A stretch of DNA of 64,000 nt, taken from NCBI GenBank assembly GCA_000092065.1, contig CP000589.1. One strand, written 5' to 3'. The number at the start of each line of letters is the position of its first letter. Position 1 is the first letter of the stretch. This document shows positions 48,072 through 59,814 of this stretch, one piece after another. The DNA is from Ostreococcus lucimarinus. Taxonomy: Eukaryota. Below the pieces are notes generated by a model, which ran no database searches, was not told the DNA's origin, and worked only from the letters and a program-made list of their open reading frames with translations. The position numbers and the translations under genes are program-made.

Positions 48072-49103
48072 ATGTCCGCGTCGCCCGCGTCGCTCGTCGC
48101 TCTCGCGCGTCGCGTCGCGCAGTGGCGCGCCGTCGACGATGACGCGCGTGGCGGCGGCGTCGTCGCGCGCGCGAATCCCAAGGCGTCGCGCCGCGCGCGC
48201 CAGCGGAGAGAACCGAACGAAAGCCACCCCAAACGCAAGTACACGATCGAGGAGCGTTTGAAGCACAAGGGCGTGGACGTCGAGCGGGCGCGGATGGGCG
48301 GCGCGCGGGACCGGGACGACGCCGGCGGCGGGGCGGCGTCGAGCGCGGCGGTTTCGACGAGTGGAGACGTCCCGAAGGGCGAAGACGTGTGCGAACGCGT
48401 GGCGGAGTTGGCGTTCAGGCAAGACGCCGAGGGGTGGCCGGCGCAAAAGACGGAGGCGTGGGCGTTCGCGCGGGCGAGCGCGTTGACGGCGAGCGACGTC
48501 GGGCGAGTGTTGAGCGGCGACGGCGCGAAAGTCTTGATGCGCAAACAGCGCACGCGAGCCGCGGAGCAGGCGTTAGAGCGCGACCGTGCGACTTCGGCTT
48601 TGGTGCGAGAGGTAACAGAGGCGCCGGTGGCGACGGGGTCGTCGAAAAAGGAAAGGAAAGGGAAGGGCGGAGGTACGTCTCCCGCGATTCGACACGGTAA
48701 CGAATTTGAATCCGAAGCCTTGGCGCACTACGAAGCCGTATTGGGGACAAAGTGCCTGGAATTCGGACTCAAAATACATGACGTGCACTACTGGCTCGGC
48801 GCTTCGCCCGATGGCGTGCATCCCAGCGGTCGCATCGTCGAGATAAAATGTCCGTACTCTCGACCAATCATCGCGCGTCGGCGCGCGATGGAGCACTATG
48901 CCCAAATTCAAACCTTGTTGGAAGTCTTCGACCTCGATTATTGCGACTTTGTGCAGTACAAGCCCGCGGGACGCGGCAAAGGCCGTTCGGGCGACCCTGA
49001 CGCTCCGGAATTCCTCTGCGAAACCATCGCTCGAGACGCCGAGTGGTGGTCGACGCACTTCGACGAGCTCCAAACTTTCGCCGCGAGCCTTCCTTCGCCC
49101 TAG
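48072..49103 (+). CDS. YqaJ-like / lambda-exonuclease-type PD-(D/E)XK nuclease (phage/virus-type recombination exonuclease fold)
   Basis: EGWPAQKTEAWAFARASALTASDVGRVL...GNEFESEALAHYEAVLGTKCLEFGLKIH....WLGASPDGVHPSGRIVEIKCPYS follows the YqaJ pattern (W...R.g.iTaSd ... G.e.E..a...y....g......g........lgaSPDGlv....gllEiKCP). Confidence 0.65.
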   Translation: MSASPASLVALARRVAQWRAVDDDARGGGVVARANPKASRRARQRREPNESHPKRKYTIEERLKHKGVDVERARMGGARDRDDAGGGAASSAAVSTSGDVPKGEDVCERVAELAFRQDAEGWPAQKTEAWAFARASALTASDVGRVLSGDGAKVLMRKQRTRAAEQALERDRATSALVREVTEAPVATGSSKKERKGKGGGTSPAIRHGNEFESEALAHYEAVLGTKCLEFGLKIHDVHYWLGASPDGVHPSGRIVEIKCPYSRPIIARRRAMEHYAQIQTLLEVFDLDYCDFVQYKPAGRGKGRSGDPDAPEFLCETIARDAEWWSTHFDELQTFAASLPSP

Positions 49104-49302
49104 CGCGCTGTGCACGCATGTAAACATTTATTGGTTTCTCGCCGCACTCCGGACGTCGAGCGCGCTCGTCGACGCGCGCGCATTCATCCGCGCGTCGTCG
49201 CGCGCGCAAAAATTTGAAATTTCCCACAGCTCGAGCCGTCCCGTCGTGCCCATCGCGCCGTCGCCAAACCGCGCCTCGCGCCCGGGGCGTCATCCGCTCG
49301 CC

Positions 49303-52300
49303 ATGGATTGGGCGTGTCTAAACGACGCCTCGCAACCCCCCGACGACGTCGAACGCCTCGCGCGTCGCACGGCGGAGGCGGAAGAGTCGCGATTGATTTC
49401 CTCGTACGAACACGCCGTGCGGAGAGCCGCGTCCGGAAACGCGCACGAAGCGATCGAGAGCCTGCGCGCGGTGCTCGCGCACGCGCTGACGAATCGCGAG
49501 GACGTCTCCGCGCGATTGCTCCGGGTGAAGTTTCTGTCGCTGAAAAATCTCGGGCGATTGCTGGATGAACGCGGGACGGCGGCGAGCGAAGACGACGAGG
49601 CGGCGCGAACGGATCGAGAGGAGGCGGTGCGGTGCTACGCGAGCGCGGTAGAGATAGACGACACGGATGCGTTGGTGTGGGGAAGATTGGGACGCGCGGC
49701 GGTGGCGGTGGGCTCGATGGCGGTGGCGAGGATGGCTTACGAGAGAGCGGTGAGCGCGAGCCCGCGGAATCAGCTGTTTTTGGAAGACTTGAGCGAAGTG
49801 TGCCTGAGCGCGGGGGATTTTGAAACAGCCAAGGCGTTGGCCGGGGCGGTGATGGAGATTGACCCTGGAAATGCGCGCGCGCGAGCGATGAAACGCGCGC
49901 CGGAGGCGCTGGAACCGACTCGGGCGATGAAGGTGGCGAGAGAAAGAGCGGCGTCGGCGGCGTCGACGAGGGATGAGGGAGAAATCGCGATTCGGTTGAG
50001 CGCGGACATGGACAAGAATTGGGGGGTGATAACCGCATTATTAGCGCGCCTCGGTGGTGCTCCGACTCCGGAATCGATCACGAGGAGCGGCAAAGCGAAG
50101 GATGCCGCTGAGCCCGAGACGCCCGCTGAGGCGGAGAATGCCGACGCACCGGCTACACCGACGCAGTCAAAAGAGGTGGACGTGGTGCCAGGATCGGCAA
50201 CGGCAGACGACGAGGATGTTTCGGAAGATGATGTGATTTCTTCTTCATTCGCAAAGTATATGCGCCACGTGCGAGACGTCCACATCCCGAGAGATGTGAT
50301 AGGGAGAAAGGTTCGATTCGTGTTTGATTCGCCGTCTTCGATGCCGATGGAATTAGGAACGACTGATGTCGTCGATCTGACGGACAAAGACGTTTTGACA
50401 CAACCATCTGTGGACACGCCATCTACATCCCAGCCGGTGAGCGAAGTGAGTGCAAGCCAAGCCAACAAAACGCCCTCCAAGGCGGCTGCAAAGGCCAAGG
50501 CGGCTGCAAAGGCGCAGAAAGATGTCGCTACAATTCGGAAATCGCGACGTCAACTGGAATTAGACGAGAAAAAAGCGCTCGAAGACGAAAAGATGCGCAT
50601 TATCGCCGAACAGGAAGCCATTCAAAAAGCGCTAGAAAAGGAGGAGAAGAGAAAAGCTGCCGAGGCAAAGGAATGGAAACCGGAATCGAACATCTCTCGC
50701 GCTCTGTTGAATTTGATAGGCGCTGAAGACCCAGTCGTGTCAGCGGTAAAAAAAGCAACTACCGACGTCGCGGGTGCCAGAGATCGTGCGAATACCATCA
50801 AAAAGCAACATCAGAGAGAATTGAAGGAGGCAGCTGCGAAGAGGGCGAAAGAGGAGCGTGAAATGAAGACGCATAAGCGAGTTTCTTCATTCGTTAACGC
50901 CATTGACGATGTGCATGCAGGCGCCGCGCACATCGCTTGGCGATTCTTATCTACAACAGCTGCTCGCTGGCGACCGGACACTGAAGATGATTGCTCGCCA
51001 CCTCCTTGGTCGATCATTTACCTGTATCACATCTTTGGCGTTGGACAGGGAGACGAGCTCGCGCCCGTGGCGCGAATATTGTTGTGCATCGCTGACACCG
51101 CAATTCTTGCGGCGCGCGAATGTGCGCTTGGACATCCGGGGCGCACGTACTTCAGAAACATGGCAGTCGGGTTGTTAGACGAGGTATCTTTAGTGATGAA
51201 CCGTGATCCGAAACAAGACTTTCACGCAGAGAGCCTGTTCTTACGTCATAAGCTTGTGGATCTAGATGGCGAAGATCGAAGTGTGAGCATGTTCTACCTT
51301 GAACGGGCGCAAGAAGTTGCTCCGGATGATGCAGATCTCCCGCCGGCACCTGCCTCAATCGAAGATGCCGCACCCGCACGTTTCAGTAAGCAGTCATTAC
51401 GTGCCGCGATGGACGCAATGAAGGTGAAGGAAGTTGTCATTGGCGCCGCGGCGAGATTTGCCAAGGGGCAGACTACCGAAGTAGTATCAACGTTGACACC
51501 TCTACTCTTACCCGATGAAGATCAGGAAGAATCGACCGATAATTTGGACGCGCTTTGCTTGACGCAATCAGAAAAGCAAAATGCACTTAAGGTGCTCGCG
51601 GCGGCGGCGAAAAGGCAAGGTCCATCGTGTGTCGTTATTCAGATAAAAGCTCTCAAGATGGCTTACGACTTGGACGTAACGAAACATCACTCGATGCTGA
51701 GACTCATCGCTGAGGCACTGGAATCCACCGACCGCGCACACACAAAGCAAGCGCTCGAAGTCGTTGAATCTATGGGATTAGCGGCGATCGCGGCGTCGCT
51801 GTTTGAGGCGCATTACACCGAGTTCGCGATGGCACCTGGAGTGAAGAAGAAAAACAAAGCTTCGCGTTATGCTGCCGCAAGCTTGGAGGCTTCAGCACTA
51901 CTAATCTCCGCTATCCAGCGAGCTTCAAAGCCAAAAGATTTGGAACTCATTGAGTTGCATGAGAAACTTCATGATCGCCTCGCGGACTGTCGATGCTGTT
52001 GCGGCGACTATCGGAAAGGAGTGTTTCTGAAGTCGTCTCTTGTCCAGTTGGCCAAATGCAGAAATCGTATTACAAAGGCGCGAGATCAACGACACGCTAC
52101 TGAACCCACAAAAAAGCGGACAACGAAAGTCACCATCGAAAACCGTAGCAAGGACACTTCCGATAAGGTGAAAAGGAAAAAGAAGGTGGATGCGGATGAT
52201 GAGGGTGAATTCCGCCGACGTGTGCGTCGTCAGCGTAGCAGCATCAGTAGCATCGAAGACGACGATAGAACACCGCAAGACAAGGCTGATCGTAAACTTC

Positions 52301-55300
52301 TAGATCGGTTGGATAAACTCATAATCCAGCTGTGTCACTGCGTGTATGGATTTACATTGGATCAGCCCACTCGGAATTGCCGAGAAGAATATGGCGCATG
52401 TACGACCACACTTCATATTTCGAACGAAATGGAAGCCGCCAACCTTTGGTTGGCCATTCAACCTTACGCCATGGTGAACAAGGAAAGTATTCCCAGCGCC
52501 GTCATTGAGGAGATCCGCAAGAAAATATCCGATCCACCGAAGACCGAGCAAGCTACACTTATCGAGAAGTACTTGTCCACAGGCTCAGACGACCTTGCGT
52601 GCTCGTCTATCGCAAACTTTGGAGAGATAACCGAGCAAGATCGACAGCTCGCTCGAGAGCTAATCAGCACGCCGACCGCAGATGAAGTCATCGTTGCTCG
52701 ACAAGGAGGCTCGACTCCGAAGAACGGCCCCAGCGCGCCGCCGACTCCGGTTGTCACTACAGACGTCATGCATTATCTCACGAGTACTCCAACTACAGAC
52801 CGTGCGCTTCGCACCGTTCAATCCGATGAGAAAATTTCGTTGTTTGCGAGCTTTTACAAAACTTTCTTGCAATTTTGTGCAGACATGGACGTTGTTGCGC
52901 TCGAAACATTGCTCGAGGACGAACAAACAGATTATGATCAACTTCATGCGTTGCTTGGAAGTGTTGCATCGTCGACTCCCACGGCGCAGCAATCTGCTGT
53001 GGCGGCCAAGAGCGAGGAGGTGACGAAGCTGTACAAGTTTGACGTCGAGTACAATCCCACGCGCCCGCAAAGTTGGATCGCGCTGGCCGATCACCTGGAT
53101 AACATCAAAGATATCGTTCTTAACGATGCCGCCAAAATCTTGGCAGTCGGCACCTTCCGCGCGTCTCCAATGTTGACAATGCTTCAGTCGACGCAGCTGG
53201 CGATTCGACGGGCGTTGATTGCGGCGGAAGAGGCTTTAACAATGACTCATTATCCTGGACACCCGGAGACGGAGTGGGTGCGGTCACAAATTTACGAGCG
53301 CCTCGGCCAAACTGCGTACGAGCTCGTACAGGATGCTCCACCAATATACGACTCTCGCAAGTTTGCTTTGGTCAAAACTACTCCTACGTACGCATCCACG
53401 CTTGCGTTGTGCAAACAAGCGTTCACGAAAGCTTCCGAAGCTTATCCCGACAATTGGATATACCCCCACTACCTGGCGAAGATCGCGAAAAAAGATGGCC
53501 AACCTTTATCACACGTTCTCGAAACCCACGCACAGGCGCTCGCGATAAAGCCGGGCTGTTTGGAAGCAATCTATCAAGTGACGAATATTCGTTTGCACAT
53601 GCTCTTGTCCATCGAGGTTAGCGGAAGAAAGAAGATGACTCCAGAGTCACAAGCAATCACGCTTTGCGTACTCAAGCAACCGTTTAACCCAGGAGACATG
53701 CAAAATAGTTGGATCGGTGCATATCGAGATTGCATCGTAGCGTTGCTCTTCATCAACAAGAATTATCCCAAGTTCCACAAGGCGAGCTATCGTCTTGCGT
53801 GGGCTCGCTTGAAAAAGTCTCCGGGAGAACTCGGGCACTGTCAAAAAGCTTTGGAGTACCTGAACCCTCTATTCAAAAGTCCTCGGACTGGAACGTTCAA
53901 GATTTTCATGACTGAAATCGATGACACAAATTTGGGCATCAAGACTCCCGTGGAGACGGTCGACGGAAATATTGCGTATGAGTGCGGTATCAGCGAATCT
54001 CGACGACGCTTCATAGCGAACGTTCGCCGTACGCTTCGCTTGTACTTGACGTTGCTTTACACAAACGAGGACATGGGTACACTTGCGGCGGTAGTTTCTT
54101 ACATCACGGACTATTCCAAAACCGCCACGAAAACGCGTCTGCCAATCATCGCGAACTCACAAGACGTGCGCTTCTTTGCTTTCGGACTTTTGTTGCGAGC
54201 CCTTGCGGCAAGGCTCTCGGTTGTGGGTCGAAGAATTCAAGAATCATTGCAGAAAGAACAAGCGTCCATGCTCGCTGGAAAAGAAGGCGCGAATACAGAA
54301 GCGGGTACGCCACAAGCGGCGTCGGTCGCATCGACCAAACTAGATGTGTACCTCGAACAAGCGTACAATGTTTGGTTTGACTTCGCGGTTCCCGCTCGAG
54401 GAAATATGTTGTCTTGGGAGCAAAATGTCGACGAGGCTTTCACACAACTTGAAGTCGAGGAAAGCCGCACCGACGAAGGCCCTGATCTCGTCAAGGAACC
54501 TTACAAGACGGCGTTCAGTAGCGCGAGCAAGTTCACGAAGTCATCACCAGAGATGAATTTCGAACAGTACGCTCTCGAGTGCATAACCGACTTGGAAGCC
54601 AAATCTGACTTGAATACGCTCGCCGCACGGCTATCCCTCTGTCAAAAACGTTTCAGGGAAATCGAACCTGAAGCCGACGCGCAAGTGAAAGAATCAGGCA
54701 TGAATCGTTTGAAGATTCTTGGTAACGCGTTGAAGGATGCGTTCATCAGATGCTCTGCGCCGACGATTGAACTCTTGGCAAAAGGGGAAATCAAGTTATG
54801 CCCGGGTGGTTTAGAAAACGTCGAAGAAGAGACCTCGAAGAAGGACAACGATGCTGTCGTCGACGAAGCGAAAGAAGGTACCGAGGCTGTGAATTCGCCG
54901 CAAAAGTCTACGCCAACCAACTTCACCGAAATCGTCCTCGTCACTGCGCGGCGTCTTCATGTGGTAACGAAGACAGAATCTACGGCACGACTGTACGAGT
55001 TCGCTGTCCAACGACGCAATTCATTGCAAGCTCTGATCGATGCGATTGATTCTGGTAGCACACCAACGGACATGGAAGACCCGAGCGTGCCTGTCGTCGC
55101 TAAACTTCACGCGGAAGTCACCAAGCTAACGGCAAAAATTGCCGAGCTGAAAACAAAGCACAGCAATTTGGTCGAAAGCGCGCTCGTCGCCGAAGGCCAG
55201 ACGACCGATCCAGAACAACTAAAGCTCGTCAAGGAAACGTACGAGGAGCTCACCACTACGATTGTTCGATGTGAGAAACTCAAGGCGGATCACGCCTGTG

Positions 55301-55571
55301 AAGTGGTCAATTACCGCAAAGAGACGAGCCAGCTCGCGGATGAAATGGGCAAGCGCGACATTGGCAACGCTGATTCGACAGAATACATCCTGCGCGTGAT
55401 GAGCGCCGTGCTCCAACGTGAAGTGACCGATATCGATGAAGCCGAACGCGAAGCCGAAATCGCCATCGGAGAGCTGAGAAGGTTGCGTTCGGACGTCGCG
55501 AAAACGAAACGCGCGAAAGTCAGTCGCGGTCGCTCAAAAAAATCCGCGGCGACAAACGCGACGGAAGCCGT

Positions 55572-55609
<38 letters not shown>

Positions 55610-55716
55610 TCGAACCTCGCCAAGAGCTCGAGCCCCCTCGGCCCGAGCCCGAGCCCACCTCTGACGTCACCATGCTCGTCGCCGACGCCGTCGCCGACGC
55701 CGTAGCCGACGTCTGA
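49303..55716 (+). CDS. giant (2137-aa) intronless protein with N-terminal TPR repeats and C-terminal (Ala-Asp)n tract; possibly CABIN1-like (HIRA-complex scaffold), unverified
   Basis: Single ORF from ATG 49303 (MDWACLND...). TPR-like helical pairs in the first 300 aa. Ends with ...AVADADADADADADVEP...ADAVADAVADV. The rest is largely helical with coiled-coil stretches. Confidence 0.7.
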
Positions 55717-55758
55717 GGTCCCCGTTGTAAAAACATCCCCACTCGCCCACTCGGGCGC

Positions 55759-57840
55759 ATGCGAACGACCACCTCTCTGTTCGCGCAACGTTTGACCCTC
55801 ATCAGTGGCCTACGCGCGTTCACCACCACGCGCTCCGCGCCCCGTCGCGCGCTCCACGCGTCGTCGTCGTCGATCGTTTTCGCCGCGCGCGCGACCCCGG
55901 ACGCGAATCGCGACATGTTTCGCGACGGTCCCGACGCCGGTGGGCGCGGACAACCGCGCAAGCGCCCTCGAGGCGGTCGAGGCAACGGCGGCGCGCCCCG
56001 TCCGCGCAGCGATGGCGCTCGAACGCACGTGAACGATCGACTCGAGAAGCCGTGGGAAGGTCAGGACGACGCGCCGAGATCGAGCGCGCCGCCACCGCGA
56101 CCGAATTTGATGAAAAACACGCACGGAGGCGCGCTCGCGCAGGCGCAGATCGTGGAAGTCGCGACGGGGAACGCGCCGAGCACGACGGCGGCGTTCGCGA
56201 ACATGGGACTCACGGAGGCGTCGATGCGAGCGATTCACGAGGTGATGGGATTCACGCACGCGACGGCGGTGCAAGATTCGACGCTGCCGCACATCATGCG
56301 AGGATTGGATGTGCTCGCGCGCGCGAAGACGGGAAGCGGGAAAACGGTTGGATTTTTGTTGCCGGCGATCGAACGGTTGGCAAAACAAGGAGCGCCGCGA
56401 AAGGGGGACGTGTCGTGCCTGGTAATTTCGCCGACGAGAGAGTTGGCGTCGCAAATCGGCGAGGAGGCGAAGAGTTTGTTGACGTATCATCCGTTCAATT
56501 GCCAGGTTGTCTTCGGTGGGACGAACATTAACAGCGAACGAAAGCGATTGACGTCGCAAGGGGTTGAATTTTTGGTCGCTACTCCCGGACGGTTGATCGA
56601 TCACTTTGAGTCGAGCAACTTGGCGCGCGCGTGCCAAAACCTCGACGTCTTGGTGCTCGACGAGGCGGATCAGCTTCTCGACATGGGTTTCCGACCGAGC
56701 TTGGAAAAAATTTTGTCTTATTTGCCTACGCAGCGACAGACGTTGTTGTTCTCCGCCACGGTGCCGAAAACGGTGCATCAAATCGCTGCCAACGCTTTGC
56801 GACCGGGTCATCAGTACATCGACTGCGTCGGCGACGACGCACCGGCGACGAATTTGCAAGTTAAGCAATCGCTCATCGTCGCCTCGTTTCACGACCACTT
56901 GACGCTGATGACGCAAGCTATTGAAGAACATCAGGCGGAGGAACCAAATCACAAGATCATGGTATTCTTTCCCACCGCTCGTTCGACGCAACTCGCGTCA
57001 GAAATGTTCGAGGCGTGCGGCAAACCCGTCTTTGAGATTCACAGCCGCAAGTCTCAGGCTGTTCGTACGAAGGCGGCGGATAAGTTCCGCGAAGCCCGCG
57101 CGGCGGTCATGATGTCTTCTGATGTCACCGCACGCGGTATGGACTTTCCAGACGTGACGATGGTTATTCAAATCGGTGTTCCGTCTGCTCGCGAGCAATA
57201 CATTCATCGTCTTGGTCGAACCGGGCGCGCAGGCAAGACGGGCAAAGGCTTGCTCATGCTCGATCCCGCGGAGAAGTTTTTCCTCAACGGCGTTCGTGAC
57301 TTACCCATCGAAGTCTTAAACCCTGCGATTGATTCTCAAGTCGACCAGCGCGTGCGCAAGGCCATCAGCAGAATCAATCCGGATACCAAGGCGCAAGCAT
57401 ACAGCGCATGGTTGGGCTTTTACAACGGCTCGAGCGGAAAGATGAAGTGGAGCAAGGACGATTTGATCTTTGCAGCCAACAACTACGCCTTGGAGACCTT
57501 GCAGTGCGAAAGTTTGCCCGGTCTTTTGAAGAAGACTGTGGGTAAGATGGGTCTCAAGGGGTTCACCGCGAACTTGAACATTGTCTCCGAGTTGGGCGGC
57601 GGCGGCGGCGGCGGTCGCGGCGGCGGCGGCGGCGGTCGTGGCGGCGGTGGCGGCGGTCGCGGTGGCGGCGGCTTCGGTGGTGACCGCGGCAGTGGTGGAT
57701 TCGGCGGTGGTGGCGGTGGTCGCGGTGGTCGCGGCGGTGGTCGTGGTGGCGGCGGTGGTCGCGGCGGCGGTCGCGGCGGCGGACGCGGCGGTGGCGCCAA
57801 CGCGACGAGCATGAACTGGCAACAGCAAAGCTTCTATTGA
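55759..57840 (+). CDS. DEAD-box ATP-dependent RNA helicase with mitochondrial-type presequence and C-terminal RGG/GAR repeat tail
   Basis: Q-motif region, AKTGSGKT (I), PTRELA (Ia), DEAD (II), SAT (III), ARGMDFPDV (V), HRLGRTGRAG (VI). The tail is (GGGGRGG)n from a GGC/GGT/CGC microsatellite at ~57590..57810. Confidence 0.85.
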   Translation: MRTTTSLFAQRLTLISGLRAFTTTRSAPRRALHASSSSIVFAARATPDANRDMFRDGPDAGGRGQPRKRPRGGRGNGGAPRPRSDGARTHVNDRLEKPWEGQDDAPRSSAPPPRPNLMKNTHGGALAQAQIVEVATGNAPSTTAAFANMGLTEASMRAIHEVMGFTHATAVQDSTLPHIMRGLDVLARAKTGSGKTVGFLLPAIERLAKQGAPRKGDVSCLVISPTRELASQIGEEAKSLLTYHPFNCQVVFGGTNINSERKRLTSQGVEFLVATPGRLIDHFESSNLARACQNLDVLVLDEADQLLDMGFRPSLEKILSYLPTQRQTLLFSATVPKTVHQIAANALRPGHQYIDCVGDDAPATNLQVKQSLIVASFHDHLTLMTQAIEEHQAEEPNHKIMVFFPTARSTQLASEMFEACGKPVFEIHSRKSQAVRTKAADKFREARAAVMMSSDVTARGMDFPDVTMVIQIGVPSAREQYIHRLGRTGRAGKTGKGLLMLDPAEKFFLNGVRDLPIEVLNPAIDSQVDQRVRKAISRINPDTKAQAYSAWLGFYNGSSGKMKWSKDDLIFAANNYALETLQCESLPGLLKKTVGKMGLKGFTANLNIVSELGGGGGGGRGGGGGGRGGGGGGRGGGGFGGDRGSGGFGGGGGGRGGRGGGRGGGGGRGGGRGGGRGGGANATSMNWQQQSFY

Positions 57841-57958
57841 GCGCGGTGTCACCCTTTTTTCAAATAAATTCGCAGTAGATTACATTCTTTTATCCGTCGT
57901 GTGGACTAGAACCCTATTCGACTAGAACCGTGATTGTATCAAACGCCTACTCTCCTCT

Positions 57959-59419
57959 CTATTTCACGCACTTCTTTAGATGCCTCAGGACGTCGCCGAC
58001 CAAATACAGACTGCCAGTGACGAGGACGTTGACGCGCGCCGGCGCCACCTCTCGCGCTCGATGTCGAATGAGACTGAGCGCTTGATGAATGCTCGAAACC
58101 ACGACACCTCGAGTGTCTTGAGCTTTTTCTGCGAGCACGTTCGCACGTTTGACGATGATATCGTCCCACGTACGCGCACACCTGTCTTGCCAAGAGGTCG
58201 CCTTTGCGTCCCCGCACTTGTCTAACCCGCTCGTGGTGCTATCCGGCGGGCTAAAAATAGCGCGCTCTAACTGTACGTTTGAAGTCGTGTGGAAAACATC
58301 CGCGACCGGTTCGAGTAAATCCTCCGGTTTGCGATCATCCATGCAGTTGAAAAGCATGATGTTGTGCTCCGCCGTCACCGCTCGCGCGGTGCTCGTAAAC
58401 CATTCGGCGCTGTGGCGCATGGATTCGATGGTGTGCGCGCCGTCGAGATAAAACGTCAAGTTCATCACATCGGGATCGTGCATCACCTGCGATCGACCCG
58501 GCCACGTCGTCTTCTCTAACCCGACGCGAAAGCTCTCCGGTAACTCGTTTCGCGCGAACGAAGCCTCCATCTCCTCCGCCCACGGCTGGTTCGTGGCGTT
58601 CGCCCACTCCCGCACCAACTCCACGGCGACGGCGGCGTTGACGCGTTGGTGCGGTCCCGCCAACCCGACTTCGATCTCACTCCCGCCCTCATAGCTGTCT
58701 AAATCTCTCGCGACGACTAACGGCGAACCAACCTCGGCGGCGCGACGCTCGAGCGCGACCATCGCCTCGGGTTTTTGCGGCGCCGTAAACGTTCGCACGC
58801 CCGGCTTCATGATCCCCGCCTTCTCCGTCGCGATTTTCCCCAAAGTATCCCCTAAAATATCCACGTGATCCATCCCGAGCGACGTGATCCCGCACGCCGC
58901 CGGCGCGCGCACCACGTTCGTCGCGTCCAGGCGCCCCCCCAACCCCACCTCCAGCACGCACGCCTCCACCCCCGCGCTCGAGAAAATTCGCAGCCCCAAC
59001 AGCGTCAAAAACCTAAAGTACGCCGGCATCCCCAGATCTCCGCACCGCGCCGCGATCGCGTCCCGCGTCCACCAAAACTCCCTCGCGAACGTCTCCTCGT
59101 CCACCATCGCCCCGTCGATCCGAAATCGTTCTCGCACGTCCATCAAGTGCGGGCTCGTGAACGTCCCCACCCGCGTCCCGCTCGCCCTGAGCATCCCCTC
59201 CACCATCGCGCACGTCGATCCCTTCCCCTTCGTCCCCGCCACGTGCACCACGTCGAGCGCGTCGACGCGCCCTCGCAGGTCCAGCCTCGAGACGTACGTC
59301 TCCAGCTGCGCGAACTGCGCCTCCCACGTCACCGCGCCCGGGTCCGCGCGTTTTTTACCCGTGATCGTCTTCGCGAGCTCGCGCACCGCCGCGTCGTACG
59401 TGCGGTCGTCGTCGCGCAT
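57959..59419 (-). CDS. FPGS: folylpolyglutamate synthase / dihydrofolate synthase (Mur-ligase family)
   Basis: VVHVAGTKGKGSTCAMVEGMLR..GTRVGTFTSPHLMDVRERFRIDG... Start moved from 59740 to ATG 59419 (MRDDDRTYD...). Confidence 0.85.
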   Translation of the reverse strand: MRDDDRTYDAAVRELAKTITGKKRADPGAVTWEAQFAQLETYVSRLDLRGRVDALDVVHVAGTKGKGSTCAMVEGMLRASGTRVGTFTSPHLMDVRERFRIDGAMVDEETFAREFWWTRDAIAARCGDLGMPAYFRFLTLLGLRIFSSAGVEACVLEVGLGGRLDATNVVRAPAACGITSLGMDHVDILGDTLGKIATEKAGIMKPGVRTFTAPQKPEAMVALERRAAEVGSPLVVARDLDSYEGGSEIEVGLAGPHQRVNAAVAVELVREWANATNQPWAEEMEASFARNELPESFRVGLEKTTWPGRSQVMHDPDVMNLTFYLDGAHTIESMRHSAEWFTSTARAVTAEHNIMLFNCMDDRKPEDLLEPVADVFHTTSNVQLERAIFSPPDSTTSGLDKCGDAKATSWQDRCARTWDDIIVKRANVLAEKAQDTRGVVVSSIHQALSLIRHRAREVAPARVNVLVTGSLYLVGDVLRHLKKCVK

Positions 59420-59635
59420 CGTCGTCGTCGTCGCGCGGGTCGTCGTCGTTCGATTCGTTTCGATGTTTCGTTTCGATTCGACGCGTTCGTCGCCTTCCGC
59501 GCGCGAGTTCGACGCCGTCGAATTCCGCGGATTATTTTTATCTCGCGATTCGCCGCGTCGGCGATCGCGGCGCGTTCGCGCGCGCGCGCGTCGCGCGATC
59601 GCGCGCGCGGCGCGCGGTCGAGGCGGCCTCGTCGT

Positions 59636-59665
59636 TTTATATAGCGAAAGTGTCGTATTTAAGGA
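59636..59665. promoter_or_regulatory. TATA-like elements (TTTTATATAG / TATTTAAGGA) in the divergent FPGS-DHHC intergenic region
   Basis: The only AT-rich patch in an otherwise CG-dinucleotide-dense 400-bp bidirectional promoter region. Confidence 0.3.
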
Positions 59666-59814
59666 GTCTCTCGTTCGCGTTGAGTCACGACCCGTCGAGA
59701 GAGTCGTAACACCCCCGCGATTGTGACGGCGCGCGCACACCGCGACGCGCGCGGTCGCGTCGCGCGCGCGTCGCCGCGGTCGCTCGGACTCGATTCCGAC
59801 GACGCGCGCGCGCG

